64,000 nt of DNA from NCBI GenBank assembly GCA_028693815.1, contig JAQUUP010000009.1, positions 1,779 to 65,778 of the forward strand, given 5' to 3'. The notes beneath the pieces are model-generated. The model had not been told where the DNA came from and searched no databases. It saw only the letters and a list, made by a program, of their open reading frames with translations. The DNA comes from Candidatus Omnitrophota bacterium (GTDB lineage: Bacteria; Omnitrophota; Gorgyraeia; Zapsychrales; Aceulaceae). A program made the position numbers and the translations under genes. Of this stretch, positions 27,958 to 37,192 are shown one piece after another. Every line of letters starts with the position of its first letter. Position 1 is the stretch's first letter.

Positions 27958-28725
27958 TTATTTCTTATGTCCTAATAATAAATTTTTTAAAATACTAGCA
28001 AATCGTTCTTTGTTGACAACAGGAATAAATCGTCCATCTGCAACAATAGAAATGTCACCTGTTTCTTCTGATGCAATAACGCCAATGGCGTCAGTTTGTT
28101 CTGTGACGCCTAAAGCGGCACGATGTCTCGTTCCAATGATTTTACTTAAATTGGAATTCTCAGATAGCGGAAAAAGACAAGCAGCCGCTAAAATTCGTTC
28201 GTTTCGAATAATAACACCACCATCGTGAAGTGGTGACGTTGGGACAAAAATACTTTGTAAAAGTTCTGATGAAACTTTCCCATCTATAGAAACTCCGCTA
28301 TCGATGAAAGTTTTAAGTTTGGTTTCTTTTTCGATGGCGATAATGCAGCCGATTTTTCTTTGAGCTAGTTTGTAGACAGCTGTTGTAATTTTTTCAATAA
28401 GGGCGATGACTTCTGACTCTTCTAGACTTATATTAAAAAGATGTTGCTGACCTAAGCGTGCAAGCCCCTGCCGTAATTCTTGTTGAAAAATAATTAAGAC
28501 AGCAAGAATCGATATTGCAAAAAAGTTTTTTAAAAGCCAGTTTAAGGTGGTCAAACCTAATAGTTGAGAAATGAGAAAGGCGATCAAAAGATAGATGAGG
28601 CCTTTAAGAACTTGAAAAGCGCGTGTTCCTTCAAAAAAAACAAGAATCTGATAGAAAACAACCCATAAGACAAAAATTTCAACAATAGGCTTGACGAGTG
28701 ACCAAATTGTAAGGATTGTTAGCAT
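27958..28725 (-). CDS. cdaA: Diadenylate cyclase CdaA (three N-terminal TM helices plus a DAC domain).
   Basis: DAC motifs LHDGGVIIR and GTRHRAALG, with N-terminal TM helices. Confidence 0.85.
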   Translation of the reverse strand: MLTILTIWSLVKPIVEIFVLWVVFYQILVFFEGTRAFQVLKGLIYLLIAFLISQLLGLTTLNWLLKNFFAISILAVLIIFQQELRQGLARLGQQHLFNISLEESEVIALIEKITTAVYKLAQRKIGCIIAIEKETKLKTFIDSGVSIDGKVSSELLQSIFVPTSPLHDGGVIIRNERILAAACLFPLSENSNLSKIIGTRHRAALGVTEQTDAIGVIASEETGDISIVADGRFIPVVNKERFASILKNLLLGHKK

Positions 28726-29624
28726 TATTTTGCTCGATTGTTTTTTACATTAATAATAGCGTCTGTTAAGTCGGCGACTTCACGCATTTGTTTAACATCG
28801 TGGACGCGAACAATGTGTGCACCATTCAGAATAGACGCACTCACGGATGCAGCACTACCCATTAGGCGATCGGAAACATCTTTTTTAAGAGTTTTCCCGA
28901 TGAAAGATTTTCGAGACGTCCCGATTAAAATGGTTTTTTTGAGGGCTTTAAATTCAGATAGACGCTGAATGATTTCTAAATTATCCTCTACCGTTTTGCC
29001 GAACCCAATTCCTGGATCTACTATTATTCTATCTGATTTTATTCCAATTTCCAAGCATTTTTCAATTGATTTCTTTAGGTCCAAGACTATTTCTTGGACG
29101 AGATTTTTATATGAAATGCGTTTTTGCATTGTTCTCGGCGTCCCTCGAATATGCATGAGTATAATAGCGGCGTCGTTTTCTTTTATAACCTTTAGCATAG
29201 ATTTTGTTAGTTTTGATCCCATGACATTGTTAACAATGCTTGCGCCTGCTTCTAAGGCTGCTTGTGCGATTTCAGGCTTGTAAGTGTCGATCGAAATCGG
29301 GATATTTGTTTTTTTAGATAAAGTCTCAATGATTGGAATTACGCGCAATAATTCCTCTTTTATACTAATTTTTTTTGCGCCAGGACGAGTAGATTCGCCG
29401 CCAATATCAATAATATCAGCGCCATCTTTGATTAATTTTAAAGCATAGGATACTGCGCGGTTTGGTTTTTTATTTAATAAGCCGTCTGCGCTGAAAGAAT
29501 CGGGCGTCGCATTGACGATGCCCATAATTTTTGTTTCTTGCCCAAGGACAAGATGTAAATTCTTGGCGCGCACAACAAATTTATTTCGTGTGCGCCTAGA
29601 AGGGTTTTTTGTCTTAGGCGTCAT
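28725..29624 (-). CDS. folP: Dihydropteroate synthase.
   Basis: IMGIVNATPDSFSADG and pterin-binding domain similarity. Confidence 0.85.
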   Translation of the reverse strand: MTPKTKNPSRRTRNKFVVRAKNLHLVLGQETKIMGIVNATPDSFSADGLLNKKPNRAVSYALKLIKDGADIIDIGGESTRPGAKKISIKEELLRVIPIIETLSKKTNIPISIDTYKPEIAQAALEAGASIVNNVMGSKLTKSMLKVIKENDAAIILMHIRGTPRTMQKRISYKNLVQEIVLDLKKSIEKCLEIGIKSDRIIVDPGIGFGKTVEDNLEIIQRLSEFKALKKTILIGTSRKSFIGKTLKKDVSDRLMGSAASVSASILNGAHIVRVHDVKQMREVADLTDAIINVKNNRAK

Positions 29625-31551
29625 TGGTTTTTAAGTTGTTGTTACTAGAATTGACTGGTATTTCTGGATTTGTTTCAGTCTTTTCTGTGTTCATACCAAG
29701 GAGTATTTTGGCGTCATCGACATCAAGGATTTCTTTTTCTTTTAGTTTGGCAACCAAAGAAATAACATTTTCTTTGTTATCGGATAATATTTTTTTTGCT
29801 TCTTGATAGGCAGAATCTATCATTAGCCGAATTTCTGTATCAATGGCTTTTGCAGTATCTTCGCTATAATTTTTTTGCTCCATCATATCTCGACCGAGAA
29901 AAACTTGTCCATGATGATTTCCGAGGGTTAATGTGCCAATTGTTTCGCTCATTCCGTATTCGCAAATCATTGCGCGTGAAATTGAAGTTGCTTGCATAAG
30001 ATCATTTTGCGCACCGGTTGTAATGTCATCCAAGAAGATTTCTTCTGCCGCTCGTCCGCCAAGGGCGACAATAATTTTTGCGATAAGCTCTTTTTTGCCC
30101 CAATTATGCTTGTCTTCCATTGGAGGTGTGATTGTGTATCCCCCTGCCATTCCTCGAGGAATAATGGAAACTTTTGTGAAAGGATCAGCCCCATTAACTA
30201 GCAGAGATAAAAGTGCATGACCTGCTTCATGATAGGCTGTTATTTCTTTTTCTTTTTTTGAGACAATGTGGCTCTTTTTTTCTGGTCCCATTGTGACGCG
30301 TTCAATCGCTTCTTGCATTTCCTCTTGCTCAACAGAATCTTTATTTTTTCGGGCAGCCAACAGAGCTGCTTCATTGCAAGCGTTGGCTAAGTCTGCGCCA
30401 GAAAAATAAACGGTTTGCTGAGCGATTTTTTTAAAGTCAACATTCTTTGAAAGTTTTATATTTTTTGTGTGCACTTTTAAAATAGCTTCACGTCCTAGAA
30501 TATCCGGAAGAGAAACAACGATCTGGCGATCAAAGCGTCCTGGTCTTAAAAGTGCTGGATCGAGTGTGTCGGGCCGATTGGTTGCTGCCATGACGATAAG
30601 ACCACCGTGTGTATCGAATCCATCCATTTCAACAAGTAAGGCGTTTAGTGTTTGTTCGCGCTCATCGTTTCCTCCCCCTATTCCAGAGAAGCGTAGGCGG
30701 CCAACCGCATCAATCTCATCGATAAAAATAATGCACCCTTTGCCTGATGCTTTTGATGCTTTGCGTGCTTGTTCAAAAAGATCGCGAACACGTGAAGCGC
30801 CTACGCCAACAAACATTTCAACGAAGTCTGAACCGCTTAAAGAAAAAAAAGGAACATCGGCTTCTCCTGCGACAGCTTTGGCAAGAAGTGTTTTTCCTGT
30901 GCCGGGCCTTCCAACTAAAAGAACGCCTTTCGGAATTTTCCCACCGAGTTTTTCAAATCGCTTAGGATCTTTTAGAAATTGAATAACCTCTTGTAGCTCT
31001 TCTTTCGCTTCCTCAACGCCAGCGGCATCATCGAAGGTAATCTTTTTATTCTTTCCATCGTTTATTTTTGCTCGAGACTTACCAAAAGACCATAACTTGT
31101 TTCCCATTTGAGCGCCACGATTGGATAAAAACCAAAAGAATAAAATTAAAATTAAAATTGGTCCCAAGGAAAAAAATAGACTTGACCATAGTGTGTTTGG
31201 CCTGAGAACTTTAAAGTCAGAAACATTTTTTCGGATAAGGCCTAAAATAACTTCATCATCTAGAGGAAGAATAACTTTAAATTTTGAATCATCTGAAAAT
31301 GTTCCATCAATTTGGTTGTCAGTCATTTCTAAAGAACGAATTTTCGATGTTTGTTTATTTTCTTGGAGAATGCTGTAAAATTCACTATACGATATTTCTT
31401 GCGGTACATGGGCATTGCTAAAATTTGATTGGCTTGATAAAACAATAAGAACGAAAATTAGCCCTAGCCAGAGCCAGAAATTGCTATTCGGCGGACGCTT
31501 TTTTTGATTTTCTTTGGAATTCTTTTTTGGTAATTTTAATTTTTTTTGCAT
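29614..31551 (-). CDS. ftsH: ATP-dependent zinc metalloprotease FtsH.
   Basis: GRPGTGKT Walker A, HEAGHA zinc motif, N-terminal TM helices. Confidence 0.95.
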   Translation of the reverse strand: MQKKLKLPKKNSKENQKKRPPNSNFWLWLGLIFVLIVLSSQSNFSNAHVPQEISYSEFYSILQENKQTSKIRSLEMTDNQIDGTFSDDSKFKVILPLDDEVILGLIRKNVSDFKVLRPNTLWSSLFFSLGPILILILFFWFLSNRGAQMGNKLWSFGKSRAKINDGKNKKITFDDAAGVEEAKEELQEVIQFLKDPKRFEKLGGKIPKGVLLVGRPGTGKTLLAKAVAGEADVPFFSLSGSDFVEMFVGVGASRVRDLFEQARKASKASGKGCIIFIDEIDAVGRLRFSGIGGGNDEREQTLNALLVEMDGFDTHGGLIVMAATNRPDTLDPALLRPGRFDRQIVVSLPDILGREAILKVHTKNIKLSKNVDFKKIAQQTVYFSGADLANACNEAALLAARKNKDSVEQEEMQEAIERVTMGPEKKSHIVSKKEKEITAYHEAGHALLSLLVNGADPFTKVSIIPRGMAGGYTITPPMEDKHNWGKKELIAKIIVALGGRAAEEIFLDDITTGAQNDLMQATSISRAMICEYGMSETIGTLTLGNHHGQVFLGRDMMEQKNYSEDTAKAIDTEIRLMIDSAYQEAKKILSDNKENVISLVAKLKEKEILDVDDAKILLGMNTEKTETNPEIPVNSSNNNLKTNDA

Positions 31552-31671
31552 GCAAAACCCCTTTATATATCTATATTATGAAAAGTTCTATTATATCCTT
31601 GGCTTTGTTTCCAAATCTAGGTTAGAGCTATTATAACGGCTTTTAGGATTTTATCAAGGTTTCCCTAAGGC

Positions 31672-32673
31672 TTATCTTATTTTCTTTTTTTGAGAAAAAA
31701 TAAGAACTAATTCTTTTTTTTGAATTGCGATAGATTTGGGTAAATGAACAATCGATTTACTTGGACGATTGTTTATAAGGCATTCTATCTCTTTGATATG
31801 GGAAAAAGTCAGCGCTTTCATGTTGCCACTTAGATGCTGAATCGCGAGTCTAATGACAATTCTTTGTATTGCAGGATGGTGTTGGGCAAGTTTTTTTAGA
31901 TCTAGAGAAATATTTCTCGATTGTTTTGGATGATTTGAAATTTTCAAGAAAATAGTTTCTGCTTCAGATTTAAGAAAATCATAATCAGTGGCCGCTTGAA
32001 TAGAAAGATGCGCCAAAACGTCCTTAATATTAGGGTTGTATTCTTTTTCCAGTAATGGAATAAGATCCATGCGAATTTTGTTGCGTGTAAAAATCTTACT
32101 ACGATTTGTTAAATCGGTACAAAATTTTATATTATTTTCTTTAAGAAAATGAACAACATTTATTCGGCTCAAAGTCAGCATCGGCCGGATAAAGGCCATT
32201 TGATAGATTTCTCGTTTTGGTAAAATACTTCGCATGCCAGATAGGCCTGTGCCACGTAATAATCTCATTAAAATTGTTTCAGCAAGATCATCTTTTGTGT
32301 GGCCTAGTGCGATTGTTTTTGCTTTGTGTGTTTTTGCGACTTTGATAAGAAAGCGAAAACGTTCTTCTCGAGCAGCTTCTTCAAGAGATTGAGCTTTTTT
32401 CTTTAAGCAGATTTTTTTAGAAGTGCAAGGGATTTTGAGTTGGTCGCAAAGCTGTTCAACGAACGTCTGGTCGCGGACTGCTTCTTTTCTGATTCCATGA
32501 TTAAGATGCGCTACATGCAGGTTAATGCTAAAATCGTGACGTAACGCATAAAGCCCATGTAGAAGAGCAACGGAATCTGGTCCACCGGAGACACCAACAA
32601 TAATTTTTTCGCCAGATGCAAAAAGATTATTATCATGTGAAAATGTTTTAAGTTCTTTTAAGAATGTTCTCAT
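31672..32673 (-). CDS. tilS: tRNA(Ile)-lysidine synthase.
   Basis: PP-loop GVSGGPDS; the tilS-ftsH adjacency is conserved. Confidence 0.85.
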   Translation of the reverse strand: MRTFLKELKTFSHDNNLFASGEKIIVGVSGGPDSVALLHGLYALRHDFSINLHVAHLNHGIRKEAVRDQTFVEQLCDQLKIPCTSKKICLKKKAQSLEEAAREERFRFLIKVAKTHKAKTIALGHTKDDLAETILMRLLRGTGLSGMRSILPKREIYQMAFIRPMLTLSRINVVHFLKENNIKFCTDLTNRSKIFTRNKIRMDLIPLLEKEYNPNIKDVLAHLSIQAATDYDFLKSEAETIFLKISNHPKQSRNISLDLKKLAQHHPAIQRIVIRLAIQHLSGNMKALTFSHIKEIECLINNRPSKSIVHLPKSIAIQKKELVLIFSQKKKIR

Positions 32674-32767
32674 TTAGTGATTAATTTTTTAATACGTAAA
32701 GCGATATTTAGGATTCATGGCAAGCAATAAAATTAAGATAAGTTAAGCTTGGAATAGGACAGCATGC

Positions 32768-33319
32768 CTAATCTCCTTGGATCCCTCGCTTTTCTTTTCT
32801 TGCTTCAAGATAGGCTTCTCTTAGCTCAGTTTCGTATTTTGTATTTGGAGGAGTGATGCTAAGATCAGCGAATCCTTGACGTAAGATTTCAGCGTTAACC
32901 AGCGTTCCATCTGCAAGAAAAATATATCCTAGAAGATGACCTTGCTTGTCTCGATATTCTCTATCGAACTCTATTTTGACTTGCTTTCCTTTTAAGAGAT
33001 CATTTGCATACTCATAAGCTTTTTCTTCAGTTTCAATAGTAGGGTTTTCTTTTTCTTCAATAAGAATATTAAATTCATTATAGTTTAGCTTTTTTCGTTT
33101 AGGTGGATCGACTGGTTTTAAACCTATAAGTTTGATACGTCTTTTATCGGTTAAAAGAATTAATCCTGGGTTTGTGATTTCTTCGACGGTTGCTTTTTTA
33201 TTTTCTGAGGAAAGGCTTAAGAACAAAGAGTTTGATTTCTTTTCGGCATTCGCAGCTTGTGTTGCGGAGCATATGAAAAGGAATAAAAATAATAATTTAA
33301 TAAATCTTATTCGTATCAT
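32768..33319 (-). CDS. Secreted thermonuclease (SNase-like) family protein.
   Basis: Signal peptide, then GYIFLADGTLVNAEILRQGFADL, which is SNase-like. Confidence 0.65.
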   Translation of the reverse strand: MIRIRFIKLLFLFLFICSATQAANAEKKSNSLFLSLSSENKKATVEEITNPGLILLTDKRRIKLIGLKPVDPPKRKKLNYNEFNILIEEKENPTIETEEKAYEYANDLLKGKQVKIEFDREYRDKQGHLLGYIFLADGTLVNAEILRQGFADLSITPPNTKYETELREAYLEARKEKRGIQGD

Positions 33320-33873
33320 TTTGATAAAAAGACTTTAACTTCATCAAATTCTTTTTTGGCTTTTTTTGTATTTTCTTTGGATTTTTCGTATTTTTTTTCT
33401 TTTTGCGTAATTTCTTTTTTTAATTTTTCTTCTTTGTTTTGAAGTTTATCTTTAAATTTCGTTATTTCAAAATCAAAGTTTTTCTTGCTTTCATTGAGCT
33501 TATTTTCAGCGTTCTCAAGGTTTTTCTTGCAGAAATCTACTTTTTTTTGTGCTCTTTTAATTCTTTGTTCTAATTTTTCAGTTTCTTTAGAAATTTCATC
33601 TTTTCTTGAAAGATTAAAATCGGCTAGTTGATTTTTAGATTGCACTAATTCTTTATTCGCATTTTTTTCTTTTTCTTTTATTTCATCGTATTTTTCAATA
33701 GCACGATCCAAGTCTTTTCGACTTTCTTTAGAAAGATTTTGCTTTTTTAAGCGCCAGATTTCAAGCTCTTCAGAGCTAGCGAGTGTTTTGTCCGAATTGT
33801 TTTTGGCAAGGACAGTTGTGGACAAAGGACTAGTGACAAAATAAATTAGTAATAAAAATATATAAATATGCAT
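33316..33873 (-). CDS. Secreted Lys/Glu-rich coiled-coil protein (possibly a Skp/OmpH-like chaperone).
   Basis: Signal peptide followed by a highly charged heptad-like sequence. Assignment to the Skp family is tentative. Confidence 0.4.
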   Translation of the reverse strand: MHIYIFLLLIYFVTSPLSTTVLAKNNSDKTLASSEELEIWRLKKQNLSKESRKDLDRAIEKYDEIKEKEKNANKELVQSKNQLADFNLSRKDEISKETEKLEQRIKRAQKKVDFCKKNLENAENKLNESKKNFDFEITKFKDKLQNKEEKLKKEITQKEKKYEKSKENTKKAKKEFDEVKVFLSK

Positions 33874-33959
33874 TAAAAATAACCTTATTTGTTTATTATA
33901 CTGGAACTTGAAAATCTAGCAAGCGTTTCGAAGAAATTGATCTTGATTATTTGAAGAAA

Positions 33960-34036
33960 TGGTGGCGGCGACTGGATTTAAACCAGTGACAAATCGGGTA
34001 TGAGCCGAGTGCTCTATCAGGCTGAGCTACGCCGCC
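33960..34036 (-). tRNA. tRNA with a CAU anticodon (elongator Met or Ile2/lysidine type); non-canonical D- and T-loops.
   Basis: Hand-folded: GGCGGCG acceptor with G1:C72, so not an initiator. Anticodon loop CUCAUAC. The D-loop AGCCTGATA lacks G18 and the T-loop TTTAAAT lacks C56. Confidence 0.65.
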
Positions 34037-34097
34037 GTAAAAAATGCATTCTACGGTAAAGAGAGTAAAATATCAAGAGTTTTCTCGAAAAGATAAT

Positions 34098-34400
34098 TTA
34101 TGAATTGCGAAAAATGATATATAAAAAGAAAAAGACAACACCAATTGAAATTAGATAAAAATCATTAAAATAAAAAAAGTCTTGGATGCGTTCTGTTGGG
34201 GTGTATTCATAGTGAGTATTTTCAGCAATAATTGATCCTGCATTCTTTATGGCAAGCACGTCACTTTTCTTAAAGCGAATAAATTGCCCAGCGATTCGAT
34301 AGACTTTAAGTTTTTCCTCATCGGAAAGTTCCATAATCTTTTTTTCAGAAACCCCTAGTAGCTGCCCTGCTTCTCTAACAGAAATAAATTGATCAGACAT
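34098..34400 (-). CDS. Small protein with an N-terminal excisionase/MerR-type HTH (HTH_17-like) and a C-terminal TM helix.
   Basis: ISVREAGQLLGVSEKKIMELSDEEKLKVYRIAGQFIRFKKSDV fits the HTH_17 pattern. The C-terminus YLISIGVVFFFLYIIF is hydrophobic. Confidence 0.6.
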   Translation of the reverse strand: MSDQFISVREAGQLLGVSEKKIMELSDEEKLKVYRIAGQFIRFKKSDVLAIKNAGSIIAENTHYEYTPTERIQDFFYFNDFYLISIGVVFFFLYIIFRNS

Positions 34401-34402
34401 TT

Positions 34403-34921
34403 TTACCCTTTAGCTTTTTCGAGTGTAATCCATCGATCTACTTTTGCTCGTTCAAATCTCCAATTTTCTCCGTCACGGATGGCTGGAATGTTACCAGCAT
34501 TTGCCATTTCAACAACAGATTGAATATCAATATCGAGATAGTTAGAGACTTCATCAATCGTTAAGCTTTCGCTAAGCATTTGGCATTTTCCTTGAAAAAT
34601 GGCACCTTCAACAATGTTTAATTTTGGTGTTGAGATGTTGCCTTCTAGTTCTGAGCCGGGCATAAGAACAAGCATCGTTTTGGCAGTGACGTCTCCCTTG
34701 ACTTTTCCAGCAACAATAATACTTTCTCCTGTGATACGTGCATCAACATTGGCATTTTCTCCAATGGTCAATGTTCCTTTTGTTTGAAGCGTTCCCTGAA
34801 AGTTTCCATTAATTCTTAAATTGACAGGATCTGTAAAAGAAAGCGTTCCTTGCATTTCTGCGTTTATTTCAATAGCTTTTTGTTCATCATCTTTTTTGTT
34901 TCGTTTATCCCGAATAGCCAT
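34403..34921 (-). CDS. Bactofilin (DUF583/CcmA-like beta-helical) domain fused to a C-terminal excisionase-type HTH (HTH_17-like).
   Basis: The N-terminal ~115 aa have bactofilin-like repeats (GTLQTKGTLTIGENANVDARITGESIIVAGKVKGDV...). The C-terminus LTIDEVSNYLDIDIQSVVEMANAGNIPAIRDGENWRFERAKVDRWI matches the HTH_17 consensus (EVAxxLxVSxxTVxxLxxxGxIPAxRxGxxWRFxxxxVDxWL). Confidence 0.65.
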   Translation of the reverse strand: MAIRDKRNKKDDEQKAIEINAEMQGTLSFTDPVNLRINGNFQGTLQTKGTLTIGENANVDARITGESIIVAGKVKGDVTAKTMLVLMPGSELEGNISTPKLNIVEGAIFQGKCQMLSESLTIDEVSNYLDIDIQSVVEMANAGNIPAIRDGENWRFERAKVDRWITLEKAKG

Positions 34922-34935
34922 TTTTTCCTCCGATT

Positions 34936-35391
34936 TTAGGGCCGAAATATTTTTTCAATCTTTTTTTCAATAGAACGAAGTCCAATCAATGTTAAAAAAA
35001 CAACAAATGTTACTATAACGGCAGCTCCGTATTGTCCTGCGGCAACCGCCATGCCAATTCCGGAAACCACCCACATACTAGCTGCGGTTGTCAGCCCGGT
35101 GATTTCAGTGCCACCGCGAATAATTGTTCCAGCGCATAAAAATCCAACGCCAGTTACGATTCCAGCAATAATTCGCGTTGGGTCAACGATATTTGCTTCC
35201 TTATATATATCAAAAAGATGAAATGAAGTCAATACGAGGAGTGCTGATCCAACGCCAATTAAAATGTGTGTTCTTAAGCCGGCCCCTTTGTGGCGAATGA
35301 ATCGCTCAATGCCGATGATGCTAGATAATAGAATGGTTAAAAGAATTTTAAATAATACGTTACCTGCTTGAGAAAGAATTTGTTCAATCAC
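34936..35391 (-). CDS. mgtC: MgtC/SapB family membrane protein.
   Basis: GIERFIRHKGAGLRTHILIGVGSAL is the MgtC N-terminal domain signature. Confidence 0.75.
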   Translation of the reverse strand: MIEQILSQAGNVLFKILLTILLSSIIGIERFIRHKGAGLRTHILIGVGSALLVLTSFHLFDIYKEANIVDPTRIIAGIVTGVGFLCAGTIIRGGTEITGLTTAASMWVVSGIGMAVAAGQYGAAVIVTFVVFLTLIGLRSIEKKIEKIFRP

Positions 35392-35405
35392 TTAAGTGGC
35401 CTCCT

Positions 35406-36377
35406 CTATTTTTTTATTAGGTGATACCCAAGTCCTGCAATCATCGCGGCGTTATCCATGCATAAGTCAATATCAGGAAAAAAGACATTGATATTTTTCT
35501 TTTTTGCCTGAGAATGAAGTTCTTTTCGAAGTTCTGAGTTAGCGGCAACGCCTCCTCCGACGACAAGGGTTTTAATATGTTTTGATTCGCAGGCCAGAAT
35601 TGTTTTCTTAACAAGTGCTCCAACGACGCTTTTTTGAAATGCGTATGCAATTTCTTGAATACCTGAAGAGCTTAATTCTTTTTGTTTTTTGACATGGTAA
35701 TAGACTGAGGTCTTAATACCGCTAAAACTAAAATCAAAACTATTGGATAGATTTGCACAAGGAAAGTGAATTTTTTTATTTATTCCTTTTTTTGAAATTC
35801 GATCAATAACAGGTCCACCAGGATATCCTAGCTTGAGAATTCGTGCAACTTTATCGTATGCTTCACCTGCCGCATCGTCGCGTGTTTGGCCCAATAGTAA
35901 AAAATTTTCAAAGTTCTTTATATGAAAAATGCTCGAATGTCCACCAGAGACAACAAGACCAATTGCCGGGAGCCTAGGAAGCTCTTTTATCTTATTTTCT
36001 TGTTTTATTTTTCTTAAGAAATTTGCATAAAGATGTGCTGTGATATGGTTGACTTCAACAAGCGGCTTTTTTAAAGCATAGGATAGAGATTGCGCAAAGG
36101 AAATGCCTACTAGAAGTGAGCCAATTAGGCCTGGGTTTGATGTAACCGCAATCGCATCGATTTGTTTTAATGGAACTCTTGCTGTTTCCAAAGCCCGGTG
36201 TGTTACCGTATTAATAAGCTCTAATTGTTTACGTGAAGCGATTTCCGGGATGATACCACCGTATTTTTGGTGATCTTTTAAGCTTGTCGCAATAACGTTC
36301 GACAGGATTAACTGTCCGTTTTTAACAACGGATACGGATGTTTCATCGCAGGATGTTTCTATGCCTAAAATTTTCAT
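35406..36377 (-). CDS. tsaD: tRNA N6-adenosine threonylcarbamoyltransferase.
   Basis: MKILGIETSCDETSVSVV N-terminus and Kae1/TsaD similarity. Confidence 0.9.
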   Translation of the reverse strand: MKILGIETSCDETSVSVVKNGQLILSNVIATSLKDHQKYGGIIPEIASRKQLELINTVTHRALETARVPLKQIDAIAVTSNPGLIGSLLVGISFAQSLSYALKKPLVEVNHITAHLYANFLRKIKQENKIKELPRLPAIGLVVSGGHSSIFHIKNFENFLLLGQTRDDAAGEAYDKVARILKLGYPGGPVIDRISKKGINKKIHFPCANLSNSFDFSFSGIKTSVYYHVKKQKELSSSGIQEIAYAFQKSVVGALVKKTILACESKHIKTLVVGGGVAANSELRKELHSQAKKKNINVFFPDIDLCMDNAAMIAGLGYHLIKK

Positions 36378-36381
36378 TTTA

Positions 36382-37191
36382 TTAATAGCCAGTAAGTGTT
36401 TTTACGGTAACAAATTCAAACCCTTGTTCTTTGAGTTTTTGACTTTGCTCTTGAATAACTTTAAGTGTTGAAGGTCGATTATGGGCAATGCCAATGGCAT
36501 AACCTTGTTTTTTGGCAATATTGGCAAGTTTTTTGATTTGATTTCTAATGTATTCTTCATTTGAAAGATTGTCTAAAAAGACGTCGCGTTGTGCAAAAGG
36601 AATTCGTACTTCAGCGGCTGCTTCCTTACAGATTGAGTCTGAAGTTACTCGACTATCAACAAAAAATAATTTTTTATTTTTAAGATAACGAAGAATGATT
36701 TTCATAAAGGCTTTATCTTGAACGGCCTTTGATCCCATGTGATTATTGATCCCCTCGGCGTAAGGCACAGACTCTAGATAATCATCAATTGTTTGCTCTA
36801 TTTTTTTTGCGTCCATGTTGGTCGTGATGATATAATTTGGTGGATAGACTTCAGTAAATTTATGTGGCTCTAGAGGAAGATGAAGCATGACTTCTTTGTT
36901 ATTTTCGTGAGCGCATTGCGCCGAAAGTTTACTATAAGGAAGATTCGGCAAAACAGAGATGGCAATAGGAATGTCGATGTTTTTTAAGAAATCGCAGTTT
37001 TTATTATATCCCCAATCGTCAATAATGATTGCAATGCGTCCTGTGTCAGGTCTTCCAAACATTTTTCGAATGACAGGTCTGTGCTTTTCAAAAGGCTTAT
37101 TAAGATAAATGTAAAATAAACCTCCTAAAGATGAAATGATAAGGAAGGCGCATGAAGCGATTGCTAAAAGGTTTCGTTGCTTTTCATTCAT
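36382..37191 (-). CDS. Divergent polysaccharide deacetylase family protein (YibQ-like).
   Basis: IAIIIDDWGYN motif. Confidence 0.7.
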   Translation of the reverse strand: MNEKQRNLLAIASCAFLIISSLGGLFYIYLNKPFEKHRPVIRKMFGRPDTGRIAIIIDDWGYNKNCDFLKNIDIPIAISVLPNLPYSKLSAQCAHENNKEVMLHLPLEPHKFTEVYPPNYIITTNMDAKKIEQTIDDYLESVPYAEGINNHMGSKAVQDKAFMKIILRYLKNKKLFFVDSRVTSDSICKEAAAEVRIPFAQRDVFLDNLSNEEYIRNQIKKLANIAKKQGYAIGIAHNRPSTLKVIQEQSQKLKEQGFEFVTVKTLTGY

Positions 37192-37192
37192 T

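Noticed and set aside
30467-30982. 171-aa plus-strand ORF antisense to ftsH (similar antisense ORFs occur inside secDF, recA, alaS, valS and others).
   Set aside because: They lie inside strongly supported genes, have low-complexity composition and no motifs. These are typical antisense open frames.
33316-33873. Confident annotation of the coiled-coil secreted protein as Skp/OmpH.
   Set aside because: Only size, signal peptide and charged coiled-coil character support it; no specific motif was seen.
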